Part shown: piece after piece, positions 11,932 to 24,515 of the stretch
How positions within the stretch are numbered: the first letter of the stretch is position 1
Layout: each line of letters starts with the position of its first letter
DNA from: Minutocellus sp. GHC0000111
Lineage: Eukaryota
Assembly: GCA_977018835.1 (NCBI GenBank)
Contig: OZ361259.1
Span: 4,278,001 to 4,342,000 of the forward strand
Direction of reading: 5' to 3'
Length of the DNA: 64,000 bases
The notes under the pieces: model-generated
Told to the model about the DNA's origin: nothing
The model's input: the letters and a program-made list of their open reading frames with translations, nothing else
Databases searched by the model: none
Made by a program: the position numbers and the translations under genes

Positions 11932-13959
11932 CTACAAATCCACAACTATCGACCTGGCTTCGGGCCGGTACTGTCTTGTCTTGACTCCAGCCATCTCAAA
12001 CATAATTCTACTAGCTCTGCAGCCATCAGTATCGTGGTAATAATCGTTGAGATACACAACTTCTCTAATGCCCGCCTGGATGATGACCTTGGCACAATCG
12101 TTGCACGGAAAAAGTGCGACATAAATGGTAGCACCTCGCACGTCTGCCGAACACTTATTCAGAATGGCATTGACCTCCGCGTGAGCCACGTAGCAATACT
12201 TTTTGTGAAGTTCTGATTTGGCCTTCCGCGACCAAGGCAGACATTCGTCAGAACATCCTCTACAGTCAGAACACGAGAAAGATATTAGATGAGACGGGTA
12301 AAAACACAATCATAACTTGGTAGGCATCTTTCACCACATACATCCAAGCATCAGATTGCAGTTAAAAAAGCTTAGAGTCCCATGATTTGGTCGACAAAAT
12401 AGTTGTTGTTGTTGAGCCGTGAGGCCATTCATCACATGCTTGAACGGGTACTAGTAGGAAAATGTAAAGACAAACATCAGCAAAAGAGCAGCTACGCACC
12501 TTGGAAAGCCGTTGTACCCAATGCCAATGATACACTTATTCCCGTCGACAATACACGCTCCAACTTGCGTATTTGGATCCTTGGAACGCTGTGCACTAAG
12601 GAATGAAACCGCCATGAAATAGGTGTCCCAGGACAAGTACCCTCCTCGTTTGGGAACCACCGACGGTCCTGTTGGATCGTATTTGGCTTCTCTCAATAAC
12701 AAATCCCTATACTTTGTCTGAGCGGCAGAGGCACAAGAGCTCTCATGATTATTGCCGCTACCATCCCCACCTTTCGTAATGTCGGAAATTTTAGACGACG
12801 GGGACTTTGCCTCACCCTCTTCTTGCGACGAAACCAGCGGACCAAAATCCAACGTGATGGAATTTCGTGTCGCGTTGTACTTCCTCATCGATACTCCAGC
12901 CATTTGAAACATAATTCGTGCGGCACGGTAGGCATCGTCATTTTCTGGCCCATTTTCCAAGTATACCACCTCTTGAATGCGCGACTGAATGATCACCTTC
13001 GCACATTCGTTGCAGGGGAATCGGGCGACATACATTCGCGACCCTGCGACGTCGGCGCTGCACTTGTTGAGAATGGCATTGACCTCGGCGTGGCACATGA
13101 ATGGGTCTCGGGTGTGGAGGATTGAGAGTGGCTGCTGTTTTGACGATGTGTTGTCATCGTCGTCGGTCTTCTTTTCTTCATTCTGGCCACTGCCGCTACC
13201 ATTGGATGAGAAACTATTAGATATTACATTTGCTGCCCATGGGAGACAATCATCGGGGCAACCCCTAGGGAAACCATTGTAACTTTGTGGTTGTAGCAGA
13301 GAAACACAACGGAATATCAGGTGAGAAAAAGAAATACAAGGGTATCATGCAGTCCACCGGCGCAGAAAAGATATCATAGATAGATAAACATACCCAATTC
13401 CCACGATGCGATTGTCTTCATCGACGATGCAGGCCCCAACCTGCGAATGCGGATCCTTGGACCGCTGCGCGCTCAAACTAGCGACGGCCATGAAGTAGTC
13501 ATCCCACGTGAGGTATCCCTCCCTCTTGGGCATGTTGTGAGGATCATCAATGTCATACCCTGCCTCTCTCTGCATCAGATTCCGGATTTCATTTTTGCTC
13601 ATGATACCTGCCGGAGATCGGCCGGAGTCGCAATTGTTGCTGAAACCAGCACCGCCACCGCCACCCCTGGGAGTTGTATATGCCTGTGATTGTGCCGCCT
13701 TGGGACTTCCGGACGCGGCATTGCTGCACAAATTGTCATGGGTGAGGACGGCATCCGTTGAGGACGATGGAAGCGGCGCAGGAATTGACGCCGACGTCGG
13801 AGGAGTGAGGAAGGCAGGGCGAGAAGAAGCCGATTGAGCAGCAGCACCCTGAGATGACTGGTCATCAACACCATCTTTGAAATCGGCAGGATTCATCCGC
13901 ACTCGTTTCGTTGGTGGAGAGGTATCCTCCGCTGTGCCTGTACCATCGGTGGTGGACAT
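11932..13959 (-). CDS. dCMP deaminase with two tandem deaminase domains (2 introns)
   Basis: Two copies of [23 protein letters not shown]...[20 protein letters not shown] and FPCN.CAKVIIQ. Confidence 0.9.
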
Positions 13960-14722
13960 GTTGGTGGTGGTTGTCGTCGTCAGGTGCTGCCGAGATTGGA
14001 TGAGGTTGTGCCGGGAACGGGAGGGATCAATTGACGCCGATACAAGTGCCCACACCAAGATGGAGGCAAGGGCAAACGAACGAGGAATGATGGCCGGTAT
14101 CGTGTTTGCGATGGTATAGAGGATTGAAGGATAAGCGAGCAAGAGCAAAGGGAGAGAGGTCAGGACGGTGCAATGGTTATCTTCCCTCGCAGGAAAGGCT
14201 TGCTTGGCTGCTTGGCTGCTACTAAGTACTAAGTATGCTGCTGCTGCTTGCTTTTGATCTCATTTTTCATGCTCGCTTTTGCTCTCCCTGTCAAATTCGT
14301 CTTTCCGTTTTTCGAGTGAGTTTCTAAGTTATTGACGCGGACAGAGGGAAAGACGATTTACTGGTTTTCGCTTACTACTAATACTAACTGTGCCCGATTT
14401 GTTCGTGCTCGTGATCTCATAATCATCGGCTGTCTGCTCCCTGGAAAGGTATGTGCAATTCGCCCAGCCAATCCCCGGCCGCTTGGCGGTATCCATCGGA
14501 AAGTTCCCGCAACTGTGTGGAAAGTCGATTGAAAGGCGTTCGTGGCGGTTCCGGCGGGCGGCGAAGATGGTCTGCGACCGAATTCGCGCTGTCACGACCC
14601 ATGACTCGACTGTTCTTTTCTCTCTTTCCATCGATCTCCTTTCTCACATCACACTTTTGTATCGCTCTCCCTCCTTTTGGACCAGGTTTGAGCAACCTGA
14701 GATTATACAAACAAACAGCAAC

Positions 14723-15010
14723 ATGCAGATTTTCATCAACTCCGACGCGTACACCGTCGAGGCCGACGCCTCGGTCGAGTCCGTCAAGGCCATGATCGAG
14801 AACAAGACCTTCGTCCCCGCCCACCTCATCCGCCTCGTCAACGGCGCCGAGGTCCTCGAGGGCGGCTCCCTCGCCGGCAACGGCGTCGAGGACGAGGACA
14901 CCCTCACCATGCTCCTCGACGTCAACGGCGGTATGCGCAAGAAGTGGAAGAAGAAGCGCATGCGTCGTCTCCGCCGCAAGCGCAGAAAGATGCGCCAACG
15001 TGCCCGCTAA
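14723..15010 (+). CDS. RPL41: Ubiquitin-like domain fused to ribosomal protein eL41
   Basis: MQIFIN...TLTMLLDVNGG (70-aa Ubl ending in di-Gly) followed by the 25-aa MRKKWKKKRMRRLRRKRRKMRQRAR, which matches eL41. Strong C-ending codon bias suggests high expression. Confidence 0.88.
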   Translation: MQIFINSDAYTVEADASVESVKAMIENKTFVPAHLIRLVNGAEVLEGGSLAGNGVEDEDTLTMLLDVNGGMRKKWKKKRMRRLRRKRRKMRQRAR

Positions 15011-15476
15011 GCACTCTCTCATCTTGAGAGTGTGTGCAGTGGATACATTGCCTTGGGGTGGAACGATGTGATGTGCGGGGGGAGGTTTCTCGAGGGATTT
15101 TTGTTGTGGCGGATTGTGGCCCAGACCAGACCTTGGCTGGCGTTGGTGACTTGAAGCGACGATGATTCTCTCTCTTCCTCCCTGCCGTTTTTTGCCTTTT
15201 TCAACTGCGACTTTGTTGTTGGCGAGAGGAATATGGGTCTTGTTTCTTTTGGTGCCGGGGATACTCTTGTTCTTCTTTCATTAGTACAGCTACTGAAAGG
15301 GGAAGTAGAATAACTTGTACTTATAGAACCAAATCTGTATAACCAACCTGGTCGTTGAAAGCATGAGATGATGCGACGGGAAAAGAGGCGTCGTTCAATC
15401 AGAGGGGGGCAAAATGGGATCCCCCCTCCTCGTCGATGATTCACTCATTATTATTATTCCAGCGGAGCCTCCCACC

Positions 15477-16148
15477 ATGTTCAGCAGATGCGCATCTCTA
15501 TCATCTGCGGCTCTACGCCGGCAATGCTTCTCGCCCAATAACAGCCTGCGGTTGCAACCGTTCTGCCATCAGTCGGCAGGAGCAGCTGCGAACAGAACCA
15601 CCGCAGCATCGCCTGCGACTTCGGCGGCAGGACCTTCCTGTCGTCATCGCATTGGGAACAATCTCACTGCCACCAAGTTATTGGGTAGATCACGGTCTCT
15701 GCTGCAAAGATCACGATACTTTTCAACCAGCGGCAATGGTGGAGGCGGGGCCAAGCCACCGTCGTCCAACCAAACGTTTCTGCAAAAATGGATGGCACCA
15801 AAGGAAATGCCGCCACGGTGGACCCTGCGATGGTACGGAGAGATGGCACTGCTATGTACCGTATTCGCCATCACGGGCACATCGACCATGGTCCTGGTGA
15901 GGCCGGCCGTATCGGACGTTTTGGGGTTGAAGGGCAGCTTGAAGGAGGGGCCGTGGAGCTATCGCATCTGTTCGCTGGTGATCATGACGCCCGTGTATGC
16001 TACACTTTTGGTGTTTGTTGGGACGCTCTTTGGGAGACATGCCTACTTCCGTTTCTTTGCAGTGAAGATGTTTAGTCGATTTGGTATCCCGCCGGAAATG
16101 ATGGACGAAACCTATCACATTACGAAGAAGACGTTCCGAAAGTACTGA
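15477..16148 (+). CDS. Putative mitochondrial membrane protein (DUF6787-like C-terminus)
   Basis: Arg/Ser-rich presequence-like N-terminus. C-terminal hydrophobic segments VFAITGTSTMVLVRP and PVYATLLVFVGTLFGRHAYFRFF. Confidence 0.6.
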   Translation: MFSRCASLSSAALRRQCFSPNNSLRLQPFCHQSAGAAANRTTAASPATSAAGPSCRHRIGNNLTATKLLGRSRSLLQRSRYFSTSGNGGGGAKPPSSNQTFLQKWMAPKEMPPRWTLRWYGEMALLCTVFAITGTSTMVLVRPAVSDVLGLKGSLKEGPWSYRICSLVIMTPVYATLLVFVGTLFGRHAYFRFFAVKMFSRFGIPPEMMDETYHITKKTFRKY

Positions 16149-16282
16149 GGAGAGATAAAATGATTGAGTTGGTGTTATGGATCGATCCGTACAAATTAAT
16201 TATTATTTAAATTTCAAACTCAACTGAATCAACTCGACTCATGTTTAGGATCCTAATTTCAAATTACTGCAACCGTTGGGCA

Positions 16283-17167
16283 ATGCGGCTTCCTCTCCTG
16301 CTCTCTTCCTCCATGTTGAGCCTCCTTCCGGCCGTCGGCGCATCGACGGTGGTCACCTGCATGGAGGATTGTGCGGCTGAGAATCGGGCGACAACGAGGC
16401 CTTGGCACGCAATTGACGCCCTTCACAATACACTCGGTCTCACCAGGCCCTACCCGTATTACCAGGCTGCTTACGATGCCGAGTATGGAGACAAGCTGCT
16501 GAAAAGTGGCGACGGCCAAGGCCCTTCTCCCTTTTCCGAGTTTTGCAATGTAGGATGTCGATTCTTCCATGCCTCCGAGGCGGAACCCACGCTCCTATCT
16601 GATTGTCTCGAGGTTTGTGATAGCCATTACTTTTACAATGTTAGCGTTGGGTACTCGGACCCGATGGAGGTGGCTCGGCTGGAATGCCGCGATGGATGCC
16701 AATATGCCCTACAGCGTTGCGAAGCAGGTCACTACTGCACGCAGGTTCGAGTGACATCAGCCAACACTACTCGTACGGTCGGTAATTCGACTGAGGTTAA
16801 ACAAGACGACGACAACGGTCTCACTTATACCGGTGGTGTCATGCGCCAGTGTCCTGCGGGGACTTATCGAGATGTCTCTTACGAGGCAGTGGAGAGCTGC
16901 ATTCCTTGTCCCCGAGGCCGATACAGGGAGAGGACTCGAGGCATTAATCTTGATAGCTGCGAGAAATGCCCCGTCGGAACGTACACCGAAACGGTTGGCT
17001 CATCCTCGAAGGAACTGTGTCTGCGTTGTCCGGCTGGAACGTTTACGACCGAGCCTGGTTCGGCGGAATGCAAATGTATTACCCCTGGCGCCTGTGCCGC
17101 GCACCAGCTTCCGTCGCCGGCCGATGCAGAGAAGCGTGATACGGTGCCATATGCTGGCAGGTGGTAA
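16283..17167 (+). CDS. Secreted Cys-rich protein with ephrin-receptor-like/GCC2-GCC3 repeats
   Basis: Signal peptide followed by repeated CPAGTY...C.PCP.G.Y motifs. Confidence 0.75.
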   Translation: MRLPLLLSSSMLSLLPAVGASTVVTCMEDCAAENRATTRPWHAIDALHNTLGLTRPYPYYQAAYDAEYGDKLLKSGDGQGPSPFSEFCNVGCRFFHASEAEPTLLSDCLEVCDSHYFYNVSVGYSDPMEVARLECRDGCQYALQRCEAGHYCTQVRVTSANTTRTVGNSTEVKQDDDNGLTYTGGVMRQCPAGTYRDVSYEAVESCIPCPRGRYRERTRGINLDSCEKCPVGTYTETVGSSSKELCLRCPAGTFTTEPGSAECKCITPGACAAHQLPSPADAEKRDTVPYAGRW

Positions 17168-17254
17168 ATGATGATGAATAATGCGAGCCTCATTTAAAAG
17201 GAAATCCCCAAATCGAACCTACATAGCACTGTTAGCCGCCCTACTCTAAACTAG

Positions 17255-17830
17255 CTAGTCCAAACCGTCATCTTCCTCTTCTGCCTCCTTCTCCAATCGT
17301 TCCTTTAGCAATTCGACCAGCGCTCGTTGCGTCCGGCGTTCTAACCGATCGAGCTTGCCCTTGATATCGCGCTTCAGATCGGCGTTGACCTTTTGAGGTG
17401 CCAGCGATGCCAAAGCACCGCCGGGCGCTCCTGCCCCGCCCATCCCATCTTCTCCACCGGTAAGGGCCGACGCCTCCGCCTTGGCCTGGAGCATCGCCTC
17501 CTCCAACGCGCTGATTGGCTTGTCGCCCTTCTTCAAAGGGATGGCGGTGGCGGCAGTATTCTCCGTCCGTTGCCGTTTGGTCACGGGCGCACCCGAATCC
17601 CCATCCACGTCCATCTTCTTGGAACTACTAGTATCCACGGCATCAACCTCCATCATCGCAGCACTCCCCTCGAGCGAGGCATCCTTCGGTGCGTAGTTGC
17701 GAAACCGCACCGCCGGTCGGTCGGCATCGGTGGTGGGGGTTGCATCTGCCGTTGGCTCTCCATCGGACTTGTTGTTCCGACCCGCCCGGGCCGCGAGCGC
17801 AGCGAGCCTTGCTTTCCGATCTTCTGCCAT
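17255..17830 (-). CDS. CWF18/CCDC12-like splicing factor
   Basis: RKARLAAL, VRFRNYAPKD and LAPQKVNADLKRDI..KLDRLERRTQRALVELL motifs. Confidence 0.85.
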   Translation of the reverse strand: MAEDRKARLAALAARAGRNNKSDGEPTADATPTTDADRPAVRFRNYAPKDASLEGSAAMMEVDAVDTSSSKKMDVDGDSGAPVTKRQRTENTAATAIPLKKGDKPISALEEAMLQAKAEASALTGGEDGMGGAGAPGGALASLAPQKVNADLKRDIKGKLDRLERRTQRALVELLKERLEKEAEEEDDGLD

Positions 17831-19103
17831 GGCTTCTTGGTTGGGGAATTGGGTGAACTGTGGTGGCTGGTTGTGGTTGTGGTTGCAAGGGCCGTCCCTT
17901 GGTGGTTGTGGTGGTTATTGGAGCAATGCACGATGGTGATGAGGGGGAATCCCAAGAATATTTGTGCTCCCCGTTCAAGCATTTCAGAAACTTGATCTGA
18001 TATTTGCTTCTTCTTTCATCTTCTCTCTCGCTTATCTATCGACGTACACAACCAGAATGCAACTTGAGAGTCAGTCGAGTATGGAAATGAATATGAAGTT
18101 TTCTATGTAATTGATACAGTTTTGTGCTTGAATTGTTGTCACGGGCTTGTATTTCTTTTCCGCCGAGTGATGGTCCAATGTCTCATTTTCGGCCTCTCTT
18201 TTTTTTACTGTGTTGTCAGTCGTTCCTCCTTCTCCTCTCCATCCGCTTCACCCTACCCATTGTCTAATTTTTCATATTGATACATATTATTGGTACATTG
18301 ACAAATGTATAGTCGCAGTTGCGTTTTTCCCAAACGAAGGAAGTCTACTGTCATGGGAAAACTTTGCATGCTGGGATCGATTTTTCTTTCTTCAGCATCA
18401 TCATCTCGCTTCATTTCATCATGCCCAATCATCTGTTCGATCCACAAGCGATGCCGCTTCTCCTTTTCGTGCCAACGGCTTTGCCCTTTGTATCCCTAAG
18501 AAGGACATTACATCGACTGGATGAGAAGTAAGAGGTAGCTTGAAGTCGTCTGGTATTTCACATTGCTGCATGAACACATGAAAAGGGTTTTCGGTTCGGT
18601 GGTGGCGGGGTTAGAGTGTTTTGATCGAAATTGCAGAAATATCGAAATATTTAGTATTGTTCTTATCAGAATGGTTGACATCAGGCCTCTCCCCCTGTCT
18701 GGCTTACCTCACAATCTTCCCGATTTTTGCAGACCTCCAGCTCCTCAGTCCAAAGACCGATTTGAATGCCCGCGCTGGTCGTTAAAAAGTTATCGGATAG
18801 GACGCTCGATCCTTCCTCCTTCGCCCGGATTCAAGAAAGGATTATACAATTACAGATTTTTTATTCTATACGCCACTGCTTCTCCCACAAATGTCTCTCA
18901 CCCTCGGGTCGAAGTTCATGGCATCAGTAGAAGCAGCCATGCCACCGCATAGATCTATTTCCAGGAAGACCTTCAAAAATCACTCTGTCATCGGTAAACA
19001 ACAGCAATCCATCAGATATTCTCAACCAATCATCTTACGACCCACACATGCACTCGATTCACACCTGCATGTACGTAGTAGATGTCAAGACCCAATATGA
19101 ACC

Positions 19104-19807
19104 TCAAGGCTTCTTCTCTTGCTCCGCGTGAATTGGCTTGGCGCGTTTGAGGTCGAGAAAGTTCATTACATCAACGTGGTCGATACCGGCTTCGTCCCTC
19201 GTACCTGGTGCCTTGAGATCCTCAGGGATGCAGTCCTCCTAAAGTTTCAAGTAAATGAAAATGAGAGAGATAGTATAAATGAAGAGTGAGCTACAACGAA
19301 ACAACACAAAATATATATTGGGATGGGCAAATAATTCCTCAATGAAACTCGATTGTGCCAAAAGATATTCCGTCCTTTTCCGACCATCTATGATATTGTG
19401 ATATCGGCAAAGTCGGCAGAGGGAACACAAAAAACCGTGGCCAAAGAGACACCAACGGCTATTGAATCCTGTTTAAGCGCTCTCAGTTGTCACTAACTCT
19501 GACTTAATCTTTGCCAAATTATCCCGACACCCACACTCACATCAAGATCGTGGCCACACGGCATGGATTTTATCCACTTCTCCGCGACAAACGACGACGA
19601 GTAAACGGTGCTCATTCCACAGTCATCGTCTCCATCGCCGTATACGTCTTGCCAACAGGGATTCTCGGTAGTTTCCAGCTCTTGATCGCTCATAAATATT
19701 CCCGTAGAAGAACTTGGACGAAAAGTTCTCATTGCATGGAAGGCGTTGACACCCATCGGAATTGCGGCAAGCAAAAGAAATGACGACGACGCAAAGGAGA
19801 CTTTCAT
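19104..19807 (-). CDS. Small plastid-targeted hypothetical protein (exons 19807-19541, 19238-19104)
   Basis: Signal peptide ending VNA-F. An in-phase GTGAGT...TTTAG intron joins to EDCIPEDLKAPG...KKP*. Confidence 0.7.
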
Positions 19808-20196
19808 GGTTGGTCTTGGGAGGAAATTGAAATATGACGCGATACGGGGCAGCGATGTTGGTGGAAACGGGGAAGTGGTGGAGTCAATGGCGATTCCTTC
19901 ACGACGGCTGAACAAGATCGAGCAGCATATTTATGCCGCGGGCCGCGGGACGGAGACGGAAACGCCATCAAGCAGATGGCAGTACCTAATCCCGATTGTA
20001 ATCCCGAAATTGATGTAGAGCTAGGTACATGTGCCATGTGTACATGTACTACCGATAAGTCTAGACTAGCTAGTAACTAGATTCTCTGGTCATAAAAATC
20101 TCATATGTGCACTAGGAATTCCTAGATCCAAGTTTTAGAAAGTTGCTTCTCTAGACAACGCGTAGATCTACATGCACCCGAACGATCGTTCATCAT

Positions 20197-21754
20197 TCAA
20201 CCAACCGCTGCTGTTCCCGATGAAGATGACGAACCAATGCCTGTAGATTGGGAACTGGATCTCTGATGTTCACCATCCTTTACTTCTTCTACAAGTCCAG
20301 TTTCGATGTCTCCTTCATCTTCATCTCCATTGGCGTCACCCTCTGATCCTGCGGAAGAATTTTCCTCATTTTGCTCTTCGAGAATCTTTGCGTTTGTAAA
20401 GAGGCAGCATGTGATGGAAAGTATGCATCAGTCAAGTATGCTTTAGGTAGCATCACCAAACGATGCAAATTGCCACCAATCAAGTAATTTCACGTACCTT
20501 GTTCAGTTCCTTCTTGGCGTAGAATGATACAACAACAATGGCAAGAACGCCAAAGACAACGCCCACGACAATGGTAACAATTGTAACGACTCCACTATCA
20601 CCACTGGCCCCACTATCGGCCAGACTGCCTGCCGTAGCTCCAAGGAAACAGAAAAGAATGGTACCAGGTAATATAAATTGATTCGCCCACGCGTATCTGG
20701 ATGAAAACAATGGAGCAAAGTTGAAGGACGGAAAAAAAGATGTTGAATAAGATCATATGTCTCGTCAATGAAAGGAAATTTCGCCGATAACATGGTATTT
20801 TACTTACGCCGAGAACGATATGGCAGTTACGCCAGCTATATAATTGATTGCATTGAAAGGAATCACGGGAGAAAGTCGGAGCAAACTCATGATCCGGAAT
20901 CCATTCGTTTCAAGAGCTACGATCAGAAATAAAGGCAAAGGCTTTAGGGATGAGATGCGTTGAAACTAAACATTTGACGCATCAGGCTCTTTGTGGACAG
21001 AAGGCCCATAATAATGCATCCCGTCTCACCTTTGTCAATTGCCTTGAAGAGCTTATACTTATCTGTCCATCCCATAACCCAATCGCGGAGCAGATAACGC
21101 CCGAGAAGGAACGCTGTGAGATCACCAGCGACAGCGCCACAAAAGACGGCAACGGTAGCGAGAAGAACTCCCCATCCCAAGCCGAATGCATTTGCAAACA
21201 CAAATCCAGCACCGAGGGTGAGGATGGAACCAGGAACGAACAACACTACAATTCGTTTGAAAGGAGGGCATGGGTGAGGTGAGGCAATGCAATCAGAGAC
21301 TGGTAAAATTTTTTTTGAAAGGTCCAAGTCAGTCACGCAGTTTGCACGATACGAAAGAAAACTCACCCGTAGCAAGAAAGTACACGCCCATGAAGGCAAA
21401 CAAACCAGCGACGGGATTGTCCTCGAACCATTTTAGGAATATTTGAATTCCCTGCGCGACGTATCGGTTTGTGGTGGAATCTACAATAATGTAGATGACA
21501 ATGCCAAGCAGGATGAGACCGATGACAATCTTCTTTATTCGCGCCTTCTTTCTGGCTGCTGCTGCCTCGGGGTCTTCGTCAACAATGCGATCATTTTCGC
21601 CACTGAAAGTGTTTGCATCTCGAACTGCAACCCCTGTGTCCTGTTCGGAGAAACGATCGCTATCAGAGGTGCTCGGCATCGATGCGACGGGTGGCGACGA
21701 AGCCTGATCAACAGGAATCGGCACGTCATCGACGGTCCCATACGTCAACGTCAT
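20197..21754 (-). CDS. TMEM64/TVP38 (SNARE-associated Golgi, VTT domain) membrane protein, multi-exon
   Basis: LFVPGSILTLGAGFVF, AFLLGRYLLRDWV and LLRLSPVIPFNAINY motifs, several GT-AG introns and an acidic tail. Confidence 0.8.
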
Positions 21755-22760
21755 ATTTGGCAGTCAAGAATGGAATGCGGCTGGATGAAATGTTTTGTTA
21801 ACACTTTGGTTTCATCGGTGTATTGGTCTGTGTTGGTGAAATACTGCCTAAGAAGGAAGAACGACAAAGGCGCGACGGCTTCAGGGATGGGCCCCATCGT
21901 CACGAGCGGAAAATGCTCAGGCGGTATCGACGAGCACCCCACTCCCTCTTCGCCAAATCGAAAGGTTTTGGCATCGATTTGCGACTGCGGAACGCCGGGC
22001 AGAATTCCCGATAACCAAGACGACCACGTCAACGCAACAGGGAAGGCCTAAGCAGTATCTAGCTAGGTAGCGTGGGTAATACTGCCGATGAAGTGACCAC
22101 CAGACCTTTTCGGCATCGAAAAGCACCACAGCATGAGCAGCACGAGAGCTGCATCCGCTGCGTCGTCTCGTCGGACCAAGCAAAGGCTCGTTCAGTTCCT
22201 CTTTGGTCCGAAGCATTCTGGGAAGGGAAGGGAGGCGCATACGAGGTCCGGGACAGCAATTGCGGGGACCCGGGTTTTTGGGTCTTTGGACTTTCCGACA
22301 CGGCGGTTTGCGCGCACTTTGAAAAACACGCGGCAAAGCAAGCAAATCAAAACACACCCGTCAACAACCACCGACCTCCAAGCAATTACCACAAATAGAC
22401 TGGGCAACTTCTGCCGACTGGCGCTTCAAGAAGCTTCCATACTCATGGATACTCCAAAGGGACACATCTTCAGTCCACCGCGTCCACCGAAACGCGCCGA
22501 GGCGACTGCATTCAGCCCCTCGCGCCATGAGAAGGAAACTTCCAACGAAACGCCGGAACATCCGCGGTATCGAGAGAACAAGGACAACGATGACGAGGAG
22601 GACAACCAAGGGGTCCCACCGGCATCGTCAGACCTCACATCTCCTCGTGTGTTGAAATATCGACGCGAGTACAACGAAGAGGATGGCTTCGCCGCCGAAC
22701 AAGCCCAAGCAAGGAAGTACTTGCATCATGACATATTGCGTGCCGACTTTCGCGGTACCG

Positions 22761-24515
22761 CTACCGTTTCATCTCATTCTGATGAAGATGATTCATTCTC
22801 AGAGATGAGCATAGCAGCCGCCGACGCCAAGCCAAGCGGCGAGAGGAGAAAGCCCGTGAGCTCATTCGACCTTCCCTCCGCCACGCCCATGGTAACAAGT
22901 CCAATGTCAGTTCATTGCTACCACCGGCCTTAATCACCAGGCCCATTATCCTCCAGTACTGAATGAAGGCCGAAGCAATTTTGCAGTTAGGCATGCTATC
23001 GTAAACGTCCTCGGCAGTGTCCCAGATCTGGTCGGTGGAAATGACGGAGGTGCCTACCATTTTTCGTGCCCATTCCGAGTGCCGCCGGCTCATCGCGGGG
23101 AACACGCTCAAGTCAAGGACGTTGGCATGAGGCATCTGCGATGCCTGTGGCAGCCACGTCCAGCCTTGCTCAGCACAGAAGTTAGTAACAAATTGCGTGA
23201 AGGTTCCGTCCTCGTGAGGCCCGGCCTGGTCGCCCTGGATAATAACATGGCAATCTTCGTATTGCTTGCCCGGACCGACAAGGTTGAGAATCGCTGGGAA
23301 AATAGTCTCCTTGAACACGAGGAGCAAAGAGCATTTCGGATCCTTTTTGGTGCCTTCGTTCGATCCAGTAACGCAACAATCAACAAGAAACGACTCTCCT
23401 TTCCGGCGAAGAGGTTCCTTTGGTGTCCCATCGGGGTTGGTATTTGGGTACCGTATTGAACCATCAGGCTGTGTTACTGCTTCGTGCTGAGCTCGCTCCG
23501 CTATTTTAGGAGCTTGAGCTCGTACCAGTGGCAGTTTTACAACCTCGCACCCATTCTCAAGAGAACCGTCAAAGACAGCGGCAACAAATGCAATGGCCAT
23601 GACCTTGTTGATGTGGCTCCTGTGAAAGGCCGCGTAATCTCGCTTTTTCACGCCGATTTCCTCGCAAGCCTTCGCAAAAGCTCGGAGGACGAGACCCCAG
23701 AACCATTTCTCATCGTAATGCACGAGGAGAACTCGCTTCTTTCCATTCGGTAAATTGCCGTTCTCATCCCGAATGTTCCAGAAATTCCGCACGAGCTGAG
23801 CAAAGGCCAGATGCTTAGCTTTTTGAGCCTCCGACAGGCGCGGCACCAGCCGCTCCTTGTAGAAAGTGAAGGTGTCGAATGACTTGAGCCACCGCTCAAT
23901 CGTCTTGTGCGAGCACCACAGACCAATGTCCTGCTCCAAACCACGGAACGATCGCTGAGGATTGCTGGAAAGGGCCGCAACAATGTCGTTCTGTATGTAC
24001 GGCTGCCTTGCCAAGTGCTCCCGCCTCTTCAGCTCCCACAGCTGCTTGTCATCGTCGCTGATGGTGTCGTACTCGGTCAGGTGCGTTTTGAGCAACTCAT
24101 TGTCAGCCTCCTTCGATGCAGAATCATAGCAGTCTTCCTTTGCCTCTCTGCACTTATTGATTGCATACAGGCGCTTAGCAGTAGAGCACTGCTCAGCCGT
24201 CTTGTAATCGTCAATGGCAGACTTTGGCCGAACCGACGAATCCTTGGGAGCGGGGGTGACAAATGCAAGCTCGGCCTGATCTGCTGGTGTGCCCCGGGCA
24301 ATGGCATTCTTCCGAGACTCGTTCTGGATGTCTCGCAGCCCATTCTTACCCTTCCCCCACGCTCTGCAGAGCTCACGAACAGTGACCCTCCCATCCGACT
24401 GAAACTTCTGCGATGAGCTGTTCCTGTTTGAGTGCTGCGTCCCTCCGGTGCTCTTCAAATGCACTTCCAGAAGCAATCCCTGGGCAAAAAGCATGCTCTT
24501 CTCCTCGTCGTTCAA
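22761..24515 (-). CDS. Mariner-type DD38D transposase, C-terminal part
   Basis: Motifs VHYDEKWFW, IQGDQAGPH and QMPHANVLDLSVF, with 38 residues between the second and third Asp. Confidence 0.85.
   Translation of the reverse strand: MNDEEKSMLFAQGLLLEVHLKSTGGTQHSNRNSSSQKFQSDGRVTVRELCRAWGKGKNGLRDIQNESRKNAIARGTPADQAELAFVTPAPKDSSVRPKSAIDDYKTAEQCSTAKRLYAINKCREAKEDCYDSASKEADNELLKTHLTEYDTISDDDKQLWELKRREHLARQPYIQNDIVAALSSNPQRSFRGLEQDIGLWCSHKTIERWLKSFDTFTFYKERLVPRLSEAQKAKHLAFAQLVRNFWNIRDENGNLPNGKKRVLLVHYDEKWFWGLVLRAFAKACEEIGVKKRDYAAFHRSHINKVMAIAFVAAVFDGSLENGCEVVKLPLVRAQAPKIAERAQHEAVTQPDGSIRYPNTNPDGTPKEPLRRKGESFLVDCCVTGSNEGTKKDPKCSLLLVFKETIFPAILNLVGPGKQYEDCHVIIQGDQAGPHEDGTFTQFVTNFCAEQGWTWLPQASQMPHANVLDLSVFPAMSRRHSEWARKMVGTSVISTDQIWDTAEDVYDSMPNCKIASAFIQYWRIMGLVIKAGGSNELTLDLLPWAWRREGRMSSRAFSSRRLAWRRRLLCSSLRMNHLHQNEMKR

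Noticed and set aside
11932..13959. The tandem deaminase as the enzyme causing TpA loss
   Set aside because: Its motifs are those of a free-nucleotide dCMP deaminase (C->U), which is the wrong substrate and direction.
18160..18210. snRNA or snoRNA ending in a T-run
   Set aside because: No recognisable box pair or conserved snRNA sequence is present.
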